Source of the DNA: Peribolospora baueri
Lineage: Eukaryota
DNA length: 64,000 bases
Reading direction: 5' to 3'
Assembly (NCBI GenBank): GCA_029717555.1
Contig: JAMDHS010000002.1
Span: 124,001 to 188,000 of the forward strand
The position numbers and the translations under genes are program-made. Below are positions 39,254 through 51,795 of the stretch, piece after piece. Below the pieces are notes generated by a model. It worked only from the letters and a program-made list of their open reading frames with translations, searched no databases and was not told the origin of the DNA. Numbering within the stretch: the stretch's first letter is position 1; each line of letters begins with the position of its first letter.

Positions 39254-39773
39254 TCACTGCTCTATGCCTGTCATCTCCACGGCGCCGGAAGTAACCGAGG
39301 TCGAAGCTCCCGGACCTCGCTGTCGGGTGTCCGTACCGGACAAGCCAGCGGCCTGAAAATGGGAAGACATGGGAATGACGGGATAGTTACAATTGGAAAG
39401 AGTAAGCAGGGGTTCAGATGAGGCTCACTCGTGTGCGAACGACCGCGCTCACCTTGTCCGCTTCTTCCTGAGTGTAAGCCGGCTCCTGGAGCTTCTTGAC
39501 TCTTCGCTTATGAAGCTTGCTTCTTCGGTGCCTCTCCCTCGCCTCCTCCCCATCGAAATGCCGGTCGCATTCCACGCAGTAGAACTTTCCCAAGCCGGGC
39601 TTGTCGATGTCCGCCTCGGCGGGCTCGAGCAGCGCTTGCTTCTTCTTGGGGTCGTTCAGGTTGCCCTGGATTTGATCCATATCGAGCTTGGAGGCGCTGG
39701 AGCGCGTCCGCATCGAGCGGGCGACATCTCGGACGCCGTGATGACGACGAGAACGCTTCTGAACTCTGCCCAT
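39254..39773 (-). CDS. BUD20: C2H2 zinc-finger 60S biogenesis factor (ZNF593/Bud20)
   Basis: MGRVQKRSR..DMDQI..PGLGKFYCVECDRHF..HRRSKLHKRRVKKLQEPAYTQEEA; second exon AAGL...IEQ-stop. Confidence 0.92.
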
Positions 39774-40141
39774 GTTTGGCGACACCTGGCGAGGGATGGT
39801 TGGTGCTGTAGTAGGAGAGCGGACGGACGGCTTCACGGGTCGACTAGGGGGAAGATCGAAAATGCTGCGGCAAGCCGTCTCGCCAAAGGTCCGTGCGCCA
39901 ACGACGCGCCCCGCTCTAACACCGTCTGTATGCCTTGACGGCACGTCGCTCCACTCTACACCTGTGGTCCTTTCCTGAAGACGAAGGCGCCGCCGCAAGT
40001 GAGCGAGAGTACACGTTTGCATATATTCTACTCAGTACATACGGGGGGAGATGCTTCTAAAGACAAGTGAGAACACAAGACGTCGCGTACCCGGTACAGT
40101 AGTCCCCCCCTCACCCCCTTACCCAGGAAATGCACCGTTCC

Positions 40142-42370
40142 TCACTCGCCTCGTTGCGCAAAGGGGTGCAATGCAATCTGGTCGGTGACATAGTCCGAGT
40201 CAACATAGCCGAGGATTTTCTCGATGTGGTAACTGGGCGGTCATAGGTGGGCGGGCCGCGGAAAGGGATGGGAGGGGTGTTGGCTGAGCTTCTGGCAGCG
40301 ATGAAACGACTTCGCGATGGAGAGACGCCCTCCCCGTCAGTCCGCGGAGGTGCCACTCACCTCTTCATACCCTTGATTCTATCGATCTCCACGCTGTTAT
40401 AGTTCGCAAGCCCGCGTGCCACTTCCAGCAACTCCCAGCCATCGTTGAGCCAGTCCCTTTCGTGAGACGTCGAGTCGTGGTGATCATCGTCGAGAGCCGA
40501 CATGGAGATTGAAGGTGAGGGACCTGATGTGGCGACGGAAGAGACCACAACTTCTGCTCGGTCAAAAGAGGGAGTAGATAATGGCGATGGGGACGTTTCA
40601 GAAGCGCCCCTGTCGCTGCCCGGACCAGATCCCGATCTCGGTCTTCGTCGCACGACAATCCTGACCGCCTGACCGCTCTCCCAGCTACCCTTCACGCCGA
40701 CGACACCTGCAGGAAGTAACCTCCCTCCGCCTCCTCTCGAGCTGGACACGAACGGGCCTTGCCGCGGCGTGTTCGTCCCGTCCGAGGTGATCTCTCCCTT
40801 TCCTGCGCCAGCGGCGGCAACGGCAGCAGCAGAAGAGCTGGTTGGCGCCCTGCCTGACGGAGAAGGTCTGTTCCGTCTGGCGATGGCGTAGTACGCGCCC
40901 TCATCAATGTAAACCGTCCCGGCCGCAGGAAGACCGTGAAGGATGGACCATTTCCTCGAGGGAAGAGGGTGCGCAGAAGGGAGGAAGAGGGTGTGGGGCG
41001 GGTCGAGCTCCAGCTCCGACGCCAACTCCGGCAGTTGCTCCGACTTTGACGACGACAATGGCCCATTCGCCGTGATAGCTTCCGCACCATTCGGCGTCGA
41101 GTCGACGGGAGCGGAGTGCATGGAAGCGGCAAGGGCGGGCGTGCCTCGCTCAACAATATCGATGATGTTCTGCGGCGTGGCGGCATTGGCGATCACTGTC
41201 GCTACTCCTGCCGCTGTGGCCAGTTCGGCTGCGATGAGTTTGGTTTGCATGCCGCCGGTTCCGAGGGAGGAGCCTGGTGTGGACACGGAGACTAGTGACA
41301 TGGGAGCGGCACAGGGGGAAGGGGAGAAACGGGAAAGCCGTGCAGAATGGAAGATTGTGAGCAGATAGGGCGAATCGCCGCGAGGACACGTGTACTTGAA
41401 ACGACGCTCACCCTGCTTTCTGAGCTTCTCCAGGTCCCTCACGATCCCGATCTTCTTCGGCAACCCCCAGCTCCCGTCGCTCCTCTGCACCTTGACGCGC
41501 GGGTTGCTAGTATAGAGCCCGTCAACATCGGTCATGAGCACCAGATAATCCGCCTCAACCATGCCGGCCGTGATGGCGGAAAGCGTGTCGTTGTCGCCAA
41601 AGCGCAGCTCGGACACGGACACGGTGTCGTTCTCGTTCACGATCGGAACAACAGACATGTCGAGGAGCTCGGAGAAGGTTCTTCGTGCGTTGAGGTAGCG
41701 TGTTCGCTAAATGGGGACCATGGTGGGCGGAGATGGAATTTCAACGAATGCGATCTTACCACAGCGTGACCAACGGCGATCTGCTCTTCTCTCTGCATCG
41801 TCCTTTAACCTCGATTCCATGCGAGGAAAAAGATGCAGTGGCTCACATCAGAAATATCGCCTCGGGTGAGTAGGACCTGAGCGATCGGCTGCTCTAGCTG
41901 GCCGAAGAGGTTATCCCAGAGCGCGATCAGGCGACCTTGTCCGATGGCCGCCAAGGCCTAAAGAAGCGTTTAAGCAGAAGCAAGAAGAGATAATCATGCT
42001 TCAGCGCAACATTTAATTGATGGAAAAGACGCCCTTCTTCCCTCGTTCCCTCGTGTTGCCGGTACCTACCTGCTTGGCACTAAGTTTGCTGGGCTTGCTC
42101 TCCATGTTCATCCTCTTCAACCCTACCCCGACGGCGCCGGAGCTGACAATGACGACCCGGTATCCCTTATTCCGAAGCCTGCATACCGTCTCTACTATTC
42201 CAGATAGGATAGATATCCGGGGTTGATGCGTTTGCTCGTCACAGATAGAAGAAGTGCCTGAGGGAAGTCAGCTCGGGCCAATGTGTTCAACCGGCGAAGA
42301 TATACGTGGGCTCACCGAGCTTGATGACTATAGTGAGCGGGTGGGCGGCCTTGCCGGCCGGTGTGTGCAT
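40142..42370 (-). CDS. PRO1: Glutamate 5-kinase with PUA domain
   Basis: [77 protein letters not shown] and [15 protein letters not shown] part [28 protein letters not shown]; last exon [13 protein letters not shown]. Confidence 0.95.
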
Positions 42371-42883
42371 TGTGGGATGGCTCCTAGGTTAGGTCTTCGT
42401 TGTTGTCGTCGTCACGATGTCCGGCATTCCGTCCCTCAGTCTGCCACTAGTTAATCGTCGCAGAAGTTGATGACGATCGACTCATCGATGGTCATTGCAC
42501 GTGACCACACGGGATTTAATCTTCTTTGCATCGATCGTACCCGCGATGTCTCTATAACTGGCAGACGTTTACATCGGCGCTGTAATCTGAACACCATATC
42601 TTTTCCCGACACTACACTTCCTTACTGGGCATTTCTAAAGCTTGGGCCACGTTTTGTCATTCTTCCGGCCTCCCTTCGCAAGAGCCAGCGAGTGTACGCA
42701 TCTCGGAGGAGAACGAGAGGCGGCGTCGCATGTCGATTCTCACTTCTGATTCGGCATAGACTCTTCTATGGGACCTGACATCTGACGCAACCTCACTATT
42801 CCTGAACGACGATGCTATCGCTAGCAGGTTTGCGTCTTTGTCACCCGACGAGGCAGCTTTTTCTCTCCAGCTGGCAGCTACGC

Positions 42884-44676
42884 TCACTTCCACATGTCGA
42901 GGACCACGCGTCCCGCCAGTTTGCCCGCGTTCATTTCCTGTTAAGCAGAGAGCGAACGCGACAATGAGTAGAGGGGGGACCAGACAGATGCACACATCTG
43001 CAACCCAGCCGCTCATGCTCACCTCATACACCTGCTGGAGCTTGTCAAGAGGCTCTACCTTGAAGTGGGTCATCACCTTACCAGTGCCTGACGGACAAGA
43101 TTGAACTCGTCAGCGAACTTGCCTCACAAAATCTACAATTTGGAACGTCGATACCATCATAAAGGCGGTATGAGAACGAGATAACTGCGTACTAGGGATC
43201 TGGATCGCTTCGACTGCGTCCTGGCGGTTGCCGACGTACGATCCCTTGACCCTCAATGACCTGGTGACGGTGGAAAACACGTCTGGGTGGCCAAGACAGC
43301 CGACACGAGCGCAAAGGATACAATTAAAGTGAGCTCTTATGCCGGTGAAAGTGATAAAAGGCGCACCGGCCTTGACCTGGGCACCTCGAGGCAGGCCGAT
43401 CGCGACGAGGGTGCCGTGAGGGCGAAGGTAGTCCAGAGCCTGCTCGTACGCTGTGGGGTTGGCAGCTGACACGACAGCCCCGTGCGGGCCTATTCCATCA
43501 GCAGCATGCCTGACCTCAGCAACGACGTCCTTGCTCTCCATAAAATCGACAAACGCCTCTGCGCCCAGATCGTCTTTGACGAGCTTGCGTTTATCTTCAC
43601 CCGTATCGATGCCGACCACCTTTAGAGAAGAGCAATAATGCATGTTCAGTCTTTCTTCCTAGCCTCTCCACCCATGTCCAGCTGGCAAATCCTAGCTTGG
43701 AGACTCACGCGCAATCCAATGTAGTGAGCATACTGTGAGGGGAAATGGCGATTGAGTGAGATCCTGCAGTGCCGGACTGGATGACAAGTGGCAGAAGGAA
43801 CTCGCCTGCACGCCTAAATGCCCCAGACCGCCGCCCGCTCCGAGGATGACAATCCAGTCGTGAGGCTTGAGGTTACACTCTTTGATGCCCTTGTAGATCG
43901 TCAATCCACCACAAAGATAAGGGGCACAGGCGTCGAGAGCCAATGTCTTCGGGATCGGCGTGACGTGATTGGCATAGGAGACACAGAACTAACCGAGTGT
44001 GGAATTTCATCCAAGTCAGAATCCACTTGGAGAAGTGTTCTCCCGGACACCAATGTCTAACCTAAACCCCTCTCACCTGTTGAAATGCTCCATCAACAGT
44101 GTATCCATGATTGAGAGCCTTTGGACAGACAGGTTCATAGCCCTCACGGCAAAATTCACACTGGAGGCAGGAGTTGGCTAGCCACTTGCAGCCGATCCTC
44201 TGACCTATCTCCAGATCGGTCAACGTGTCTTTCCCAATGGCAACCACAATACCTGCGCCTTCATGTCCGCCGATGAGTGGCATCTTGGGTGGCACAGGCC
44301 AATCACCCCTGCGTGAGAGGGAAGCAAAAATAAGAGTGGATGCTCGTGGCAGCTCCCCCAAGTTGACAAAGCAAATGAGAAATGCCCTCACAGCATTGCA
44401 TGGAGGTCGGTATGGCACACTGGGCACGGCAAACGGCAACGCGGCACACAAGCTCTAGGTCAAATGGCATTCAACCCAGCTCAATTGACGGACGTTGCAC
44501 TCACCGCCACAATAGATGATCTTTAGAAGTACCTCTCCAGGCTTGAGCTCGTCAGGTTGCTTCACCTTCACCTCCTTTATCTGTACCGGGCCGCCTAGCT
44601 TTTCAACGACGGCGGCCTTCTGCGTCTTTGGAATATCGAACGTGAGCTCTTGTGGATGCGGCTGAATCTTGGTCAT
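42884..44676 (-). CDS. Zinc-dependent (MDR) alcohol dehydrogenase, ADH1-like, multi-exon
   Basis: [24 protein letters not shown], structural Zn [40 protein letters not shown] and GSYVGNRQD. Ends [17 protein letters not shown]. Confidence 0.93.
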
Positions 44677-45004
44677 CTTGGAAGTCAGCGTACGTCGTAA
44701 TCGTTCAAGAACGAGGCACACGTAACCGGCACGGCGCGGCGAGCCTTTTTAACGGCAACCTCGTCGAGAAACGGATTTGGCCTGGCCTGACTCGCGCTGA
44801 GTGAGCAAGTGTAAGCAAGTGTCCAAGCAATCGTACGAGCTAGTACGTCTTCGTCAGCACGTTCGAAGAATGTGAAAATCGCCGGTCGCGAATGGAAATG
44901 CTCTTTTAACTCCACCTCGGACAATACGTCGCATTTCATAGAGTTTTCGCGTTCTTTACAGGTTCGTACCTTCGCCCTCGTCCTCCCTCTTGTCCGCACC
45001 TTTG

Positions 45005-47122
45005 TCAGTGAGACTTGATAAAGTCGAGTGTGAACTTGTCTGTCTCCTTCGGGTGACTTGCTGAGAGGAAATGCTGCCCATCCTGTTGGGATCGTTGGTA
45101 GTATAGAGTTGGTATCAGTGATGGAAGCGATACAGTTGCCGCCGAAGTTGAAGAGCGACTCACTTGGATAATCTGTTCCAACCGCGCACGAACAAAAGCG
45201 CATAGTCATAAGCTGCAGCTGAAGAACGGACACTCACGATGACAGGATACTGACCTCCATCTTCACGTCCCGCGCGTTCTTGAACATTGAAACCCAGGTT
45301 TTGGTGCATGCCACCGAGTACACGGCGTCCTTAGTGCCTTGTAATCGACGGTATGCCCCAAAAGATTTTCGGAAAGACGGTCAGATGTGAAATTACGACC
45401 GAGGTCAAGGTACGAAAAGGCTCACTCACCATGCAGGACGAGGACGGGAACGGTGATCTTCTGGATTTCATGTTCAAGACCTTCCCTCTCAAACAGGCAG
45501 CGCGTGGCCATCAGGAGCCTGTGGGCATTCGTATTCATGAACAGAACAAAGAACACCGCATGAGCTTTGTTGAGCCAGTCACACGGTAAAAGACAGCGAT
45601 CTGTGGGCGCGACGTCGAGTATCCATAGATGCGCTCACCTCTTTCTCCCTTCTTCATGAGCGTAAATGAAGGTATGCTCCTTGCGCCAGTACGAACGCGT
45701 CTCGGGTTTGAGCGTCTCCCCTAAGCCGACATGGAGGACGTCGTCGGTGAGCTATTATGCCGGGAATGGAAGACGGGAAGTAGAAGATTAGTTTCATCGA
45801 GTCGACACAATCTGGCACTCCTCGCTCAACCGATCTCAAATGGACATGGACGCGCAAGTGCACATGTAGATATGTGAACGAAGAGACGAGAGACGCACCT
45901 TCTCAGGGCACACCCAATCGGGCGTCGGCTTATCGGAGATGAGGATATGAGACCATTCCTTCCACACTTTGCGGACCTGACGGTCAGTCGAACAGAGGAC
46001 GGATAGGGTCATACGCAGGGGGATGATCAGCGCCATTTGCCTCGCCGCTCTTCTGACACTGTCAACGTCTGAGCGCAGCACAAGTCTACGCCACGACTCA
46101 CGTCCCAGCAGCCGAGCTCACGCGTCTCTTCTACCTCAGGGAACATCGAAGTGCTTTCGGAGGCGTGGGCGAACGAAAGCAAAGCAGTGCAATTTACAAG
46201 GTAAGCTTACCTTGACGAGATATTGCCAGCCACACGACAACCGGGACCAATTCATTTGGCTTTCTCGTTCCCCTTCCTTCCCTTGTTCGTTTCACCGACT
46301 CACCCGAGCAAAATGATCCCATTCAGCCTATCCGGCTCGAGGATGGCCATGCGAGCGGCAATGAAGCCGCCCTGGGAGGTCCCGAGGACGTAACATTTGC
46401 GAATGGCAAGGTCATTCTGTTGCGGTCAAAGGACCAAAAATCACGAATTTGCCGATTACTGGCTGCCGATGAGTCTTTCAAACTACCGGTGGCCTTCATC
46501 GCTCGGCTCACGATGACATCTGTCGCCGGCCAATGCGATAAAGAAATGACGCCGGTGCGGTAGGGGGTAAGGGGAGCGCATGAGCAGCGGCGGTAAAGAC
46601 CGGACCAAACGACAAGACATGCTTCCTGCGCTTTGGGCCACGCCAGGGTCCCAACAATCTCACCTAGGCACATCTTTGCCGTGTCTTTCTCACGAAGGAG
46701 GAGGAAGGACAATGAGAATAAACTAGATGAAAGACGGGAGCGGCACGGGAGGGCGACACCGCGCTCGACCTCAGCTTACCCCAGAACGTGAAGACTTCGG
46801 GCCCCCTCGTGTACCCGTGCCCAAGCTGTGTCGTGTTGTGAGAGAATGAAGGACCGCCAAATGTCGATCGGCTCGTCCATGCACATCCTTGAAATCGACC
46901 ACAGACAAAAAATGAGAACAAACGACGAACCTCATCAATGGCCAACAGGTTCACCGCCGCTGTCAGCTCGGGGTCCTTCTGCTGATCGAGGTACAGCGCG
47001 CCGTGCAAGGTGAACGAGTGGAGCAAGACCAAAGTGGGTTTGGCAGGGTCGATGACGTCTGGGAACGTGCGGTAGGCGACCTTGATGTCCCCGGGAAGAA
47101 GCAGCGTTTTGACTTGGTCCAT
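45005..47122 (-). CDS. Intracellular alpha/beta-fold hydrolase, intron-rich
   Basis: Reconstructed in frame: LVLLHSF, AIDELGHGYT..FTFWD, nucleophile elbow VLGTSQGGFIAARMA, LGTSM..RELGCWD, VLVLHGTKDAVY and DGQHFLSASHP (Ser-Asp-His triad). Confidence 0.85.
46197..46214. repeat. Perfect 18-bp palindrome CAAGGTAAGCTTACCTTG in an intron
   Basis: The sequence equals its own reverse complement and carries AAG|GTAAGC on both strands. Confidence 0.95.
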
Positions 47123-47881
47123 GTTTTCTTCTTTTTTGCTCCCTGTGTTCCTTCGTGCGATCGCTTTGTAGGCTCGCGGCGAGGTGGAGTCCAGTCAGTC
47201 CCGCGAAACGAGGAGAAGCGCTGTCTTATTCCTCATCCTCGAGTCCGCCTTTCGCCTCTCCATCGGCGACACGCATGGGATCGGCGATGCGATGAGTAAT
47301 GTCGGACGAGTCCCGTGGCGTAATTGGATCGAGGTGAGCTGCACGTGAATGAGGAGGGGCACTCTTTTGAGATCGTCAACGCACATGGTCAGATTTTATC
47401 AGGCAATGCGCACCGCCTGCACGACCGAGCTCACCTCTCGCAGCGCCGACCAACACCGACGTTGCAAGTTGAGGAGCAGATGTTTAATTAGATTAGGGAT
47501 TTCGGACCGGAGGCCGTACAAGGCCGTCGCTGCCGCACGAAGCTTCCGCGCCAGGTTATATTTGCGGGGACGAGCCGTCGACGCAAATCTCGCCGGCCCG
47601 CTGATCACCTCCGCCGGCAGCGACGTAAGGGCGCTTGCGGCCAGGGTCCGGGCTCCTCATCCATTGCTGGGCCCAGTGCTGCAGTTGGACTGACCATGCT
47701 CACGCCCGCCAAGATCTCCGAACCTATGGCCCCACATGCGGCGCACGATCCGCCTTACGCTTCGGGTCAGGAGCATGTCCACTGCTAGTCAGGCCAAACA
47801 GAAGTCGCTCCAGTGCGAGTACAAAAGGAACTCCTTATTCTTCTCTCTCTTCTTCTTCTTTCGCAGGCCCATCGCACAAAG

Positions 47882-50800
47882 ATGAGTTACAAACCCAAAT
47901 TGCTGAACACTTTCCTACTTCTTCTTGCCGGACTGGGCGTACAGCTCGGCCGAGCTCTTCCCAGCCCGAACCAGCTCGAAGAGATCAGACCTGCCGCATT
48001 CTTTGATCCTCGCGCCCACCTTCCCACGAACAATATCGCCAACACGACCTCTTCTCCCCAGCTCCAATTGACGCTCGTCAATTCGACGACGAAATGGCAA
48101 ACTGTCGACGGTAAGGACGCCCAACAGATCCTCGTCTGGATCAACAACACCTTCCCAAGCGTCGCCAGCGATGGATCCGATTCCAGCGGCTGGATCACTG
48201 AGCCGTACACTGTATGGATCGAATCGGATGCCGTCACGACGGTGCAAGCTCCAACGATTCAGCGGTTGCGACCGGGTGATCAAGTACGTCGGTCTCGCAG
48301 TCTCGAGGTACACACGAGCGGAATTGGCGACGACAGCTCTCACGTTTTCGCTTTTTCTGCTCTTTGTCCTGCCCACCGAATGGCAGGCCCGCGTCCAAGT
48401 CGGCGTTACGAACAAGCTGAATGTGATCCCCGGAACCCTGACCAACGGCACCGTGACGGTCAAGGACCCCCTCGGCAAAGTCGTCTTCTCCAACTCCACC
48501 AGTCTCATCGCCGGCATTCCCGAGTACAAGGACACAAACTCCAGCCTCTCTACTCACCAGGCTCCTGATTGGGTGAGTCCTCGAGTGCTGCCACCTGCAA
48601 ATAACAGGATGCAAATACATGGAACGACGTGTCATCGATATGTTTCGACGTTTTCGCTTGTCGCAGTGGGACGGTGCAAAGCTAGGCATCTTCGTACACT
48701 GGGGAGTCTACTGTGAGCGCTCTATTACGACCGCTCGTTCTCCTCCCTCATTGCTAACAAGTCCCTCCCCCTTTAGCCGTTCCTGCATGGTCGCCGTCCG
48801 GGAAGCAGGTATGTAGCGTTGCTTCGTTGACGTCTTTGGAGAAACGAGTTTCACAGTTGCCTTGTTCGGTCTCTTATAACAGTATGCCGAATGGTATGTG
48901 TCAGGGATTTTGCGCACACTTTTGAAGAGGTCTAAATGGGTTTCAGTTCGACCTTACCGGCCCTTCCCTGACGCAGGTGTAAGTCCTCAGTCGAAGTTGA
49001 GATGCACACAGGCGCCGCTAATCTCTTCACTCAATCTTGCCCAAATTCTTAGATTGGGTGAGTGAGAGCTCGTACACAATTTCAAGTACCGTGGGAACCC
49101 ATCTGTTAACACATGATATTGGCTTGGTTTTGAAATAGTACCAACAACATGTACCCAGGTAAGCAGTGACCGACCTTTCCGGTAGACGTTAAGTCTGACG
49201 TCCGAATGCCTAACCCGACGCACCGTACAGCAATGCTTCTTCATGGACCTGGACTTACCATAAAGAGACGGTGAGCATGTTCTACCGTACGAGGCCGTTT
49301 CGGAGCAGCTTCTGTGCGCTGACCTGGCTTCCATGACGAAAATGAAATAGTACGGTGAGCTGTCTCCTTGCAGGTTTCCTCTCAACCGATGAGAACGTGG
49401 CCTGAATCCTCTCATGTTCCATCTTTTTGATCAAGGCGAGAACTTTACGTACGACGACTTCATACCTCAATGGAACACCGACACCTTCAACGCCAGCGAG
49501 CTCCTCAGCACTATCGCGGGATCGGGTTCCAAATACTTTGTCATCGTGACGGTACGCACAAGTTTGTTGGCCTCGGCGTTTTGCCGGTTTTATGCTCGTC
49601 ATCCGTTTCCTGACGTGAGCCTCTTTCCCTTGCTTTGCTGGACTGCTTTAAGAAACACCATGACGGCTTCGCTCTGTTCGACACCAAGAATTCGAGCAAC
49701 AGGAACTCGCTCAAATATGGCCCCAAGTGCGTCCATTCACCCCTTCTCCTCTTCTCTACCCGTCTATCTTCTTTTCCTGCCTTTGCCCCGCTTCCATATT
49801 GACCTCCTGGTCCCTCTACTGCCGGCAATTGTTTTGTTTGCAGGAGGGATCTGGTCGCGGAGATCTTTGCCGCGGCACAGAAGGAGTATCCGGAACTGCA
49901 TCGAGGAGTATGTCGCTTTTTTTTTTTCAGGAACTTTGTCGAAACACCGGAGGCAAGGTCGATCTCACCTTTTCGTCGTGTAACCCTTGCAGACCTACTA
50001 CTCTCTCCCTGAGTGGTGAGAGCGCTCGCCAAGCACAGACTTTGCCGTCGCACCCGTCTCAGCTCACGCTCTCGTTCTTCTCTTTCAGGTACTCTCCCGC
50101 CTACAAGCCTTACGGCTTTATTAGCGAACCGGTGCACACCATCGCCCCCGGTCTCATGAGCGGTTCCGGCTGGCCGGGCGGATATGCTCCTCATGCCTAC
50201 TTCCCAAATCAAACAGAGGGGTATCTTGGTGAGTCAATCTGCCCAGTGCGCTACCCAACTGTATTGTGGAAAACCGCCTCATCATCCGTTCCTTGAACTC
50301 TCAATTTCCGACATCTCTCCTGCAGGCTATGTGGAGGTTGACGACTACTTGACCGATATTATGAAGCCGCACATGGAAACGCTCATGTATGACGAGCGGT
50401 ACCAGACGGAGGTCTTGTGGTGAGCTGGCCAGCGCGAAAATTCAGCGAATGAACTTTCTCAGCGATGACCTCACACCTCGCTTTCACTGTCATCTGTCGC
50501 CCGTCCTTCAGGTGCGACATCGGAGGCGCTACGATCTACGGAGACATTGCTGCCGATTGGTACAACTGGGCCAAAAACCAGTCGAGAGCGGTCACGGTAA
50601 ACAACCGATGTGGCGTTCCCTACAGCGACTACAAGTTGAGTTGATATTCGGCTCGATTTGCCCTGCCTGGCGTTCTAGCGCACGATGAACCTTATACTTG
50701 CACCTTCCCTGCCTTCTCTGCTTGACTACTCAGCACGCCAGAGTACGAGACGCTTAGCTATACCCAGCCGACGCCCTGGGAGAGCACCGAGGGCGCTGAT

Positions 50801-51795
50801 CCTTTCTCTTTTGGATACAATCGGTGCGCTGTTGAGGCAGGTCCTCCATCCGTTCGAGCTTTTGCTCACACAAGCTACTTGTTGCATGATGTAGGAACAC
50901 AACACCTTCCGGCTATCAGAATGCTTCGGTCATCATCCCCAAATTTGTAGAGTGCGTATGATGACCTGCTGTCCCGTCGTGAGCTCTCACCATGCTGACT
51001 CCATGACAAATCGTTGGCCATTTTGGTGAATAGCATCGTGTCCAAGAGTGGGTCTTCTTTATCATCACAACCATAGAACGTTTCGTCTAGTGCCTCGCTT
51101 CCTCCTCATTTGGTTTGCCGTTCTTGTTGCCCTTCATTCCTTTCCGACTATGTTTGCCTGCAGATGGCAACTATCTGCTAGATATTGGTGAGCAGTTTTG
51201 GCTCTCTCTCTATTCTTTTTTTGTAAAAGTGCCGGCTGGCGATTAATTTATCCTCTGCTTTCTTACGCCCTGCCCAACCAGGCCCTCACGCAAATGGCAC
51301 GGTTGTCGCTGAAGAAGTGACCCTCCTCCGTGACCTCGGCACATGGCTCTCCCACTCCGGTGAAGCCATCTACAACTCCTCCTACTGGGGTCCGACGTCT
51401 GAGGACGCGAACCTGCGCTTCACCACCCAGCCAGACGCGTTTTACATCACCTCGCTCGTTCAGCCAGGAGCAACTTTGACCACGAGCATGCCGGTGAGCG
51501 GGGCCGGCGATGGATGCTTCATCGATCAGCTCCGGATCGTGTGGTCCCTTGTTACGTGACGCTGTCATTGACCGCTTCATTGCTTCCAATTCGTACCTCC
51601 TCTGTACCAACACTTACCATCCGATGGAACTAGATCCCCATCCTCAAGGGCGACAAAGTGACCATGCTCGGCGGCACGGGCAAGCCACTGGACTGGTCCA
51701 TGAACGGTGGCAACCTCACCATCTCGGTCGATGTAGAAGAGGTGAAGAAAGTCCAGTGGGCTTGGACTTTCAAGGTCGCTTACGCCCAGGCGTAG
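47882..51795 (+). CDS. Secreted GH29 alpha-L-fucosidase (about 22 introns by manual count)
   Basis: Signal peptide, [52 protein letters not shown], nucleophile LWCDIG, VNNRCG, WESTEG.DPFSFGYN, IVSKNGNYLLDIGP and WLSHSGEAIY. Confidence 0.93.

Noticed and set aside
19107..42370. Cofactor/stress-metabolite cluster (THI6, GCL modifier, RIB5, PRO1)
   Set aside because: Different pathways, interspersed with unrelated housekeeping genes; probably coincidental.
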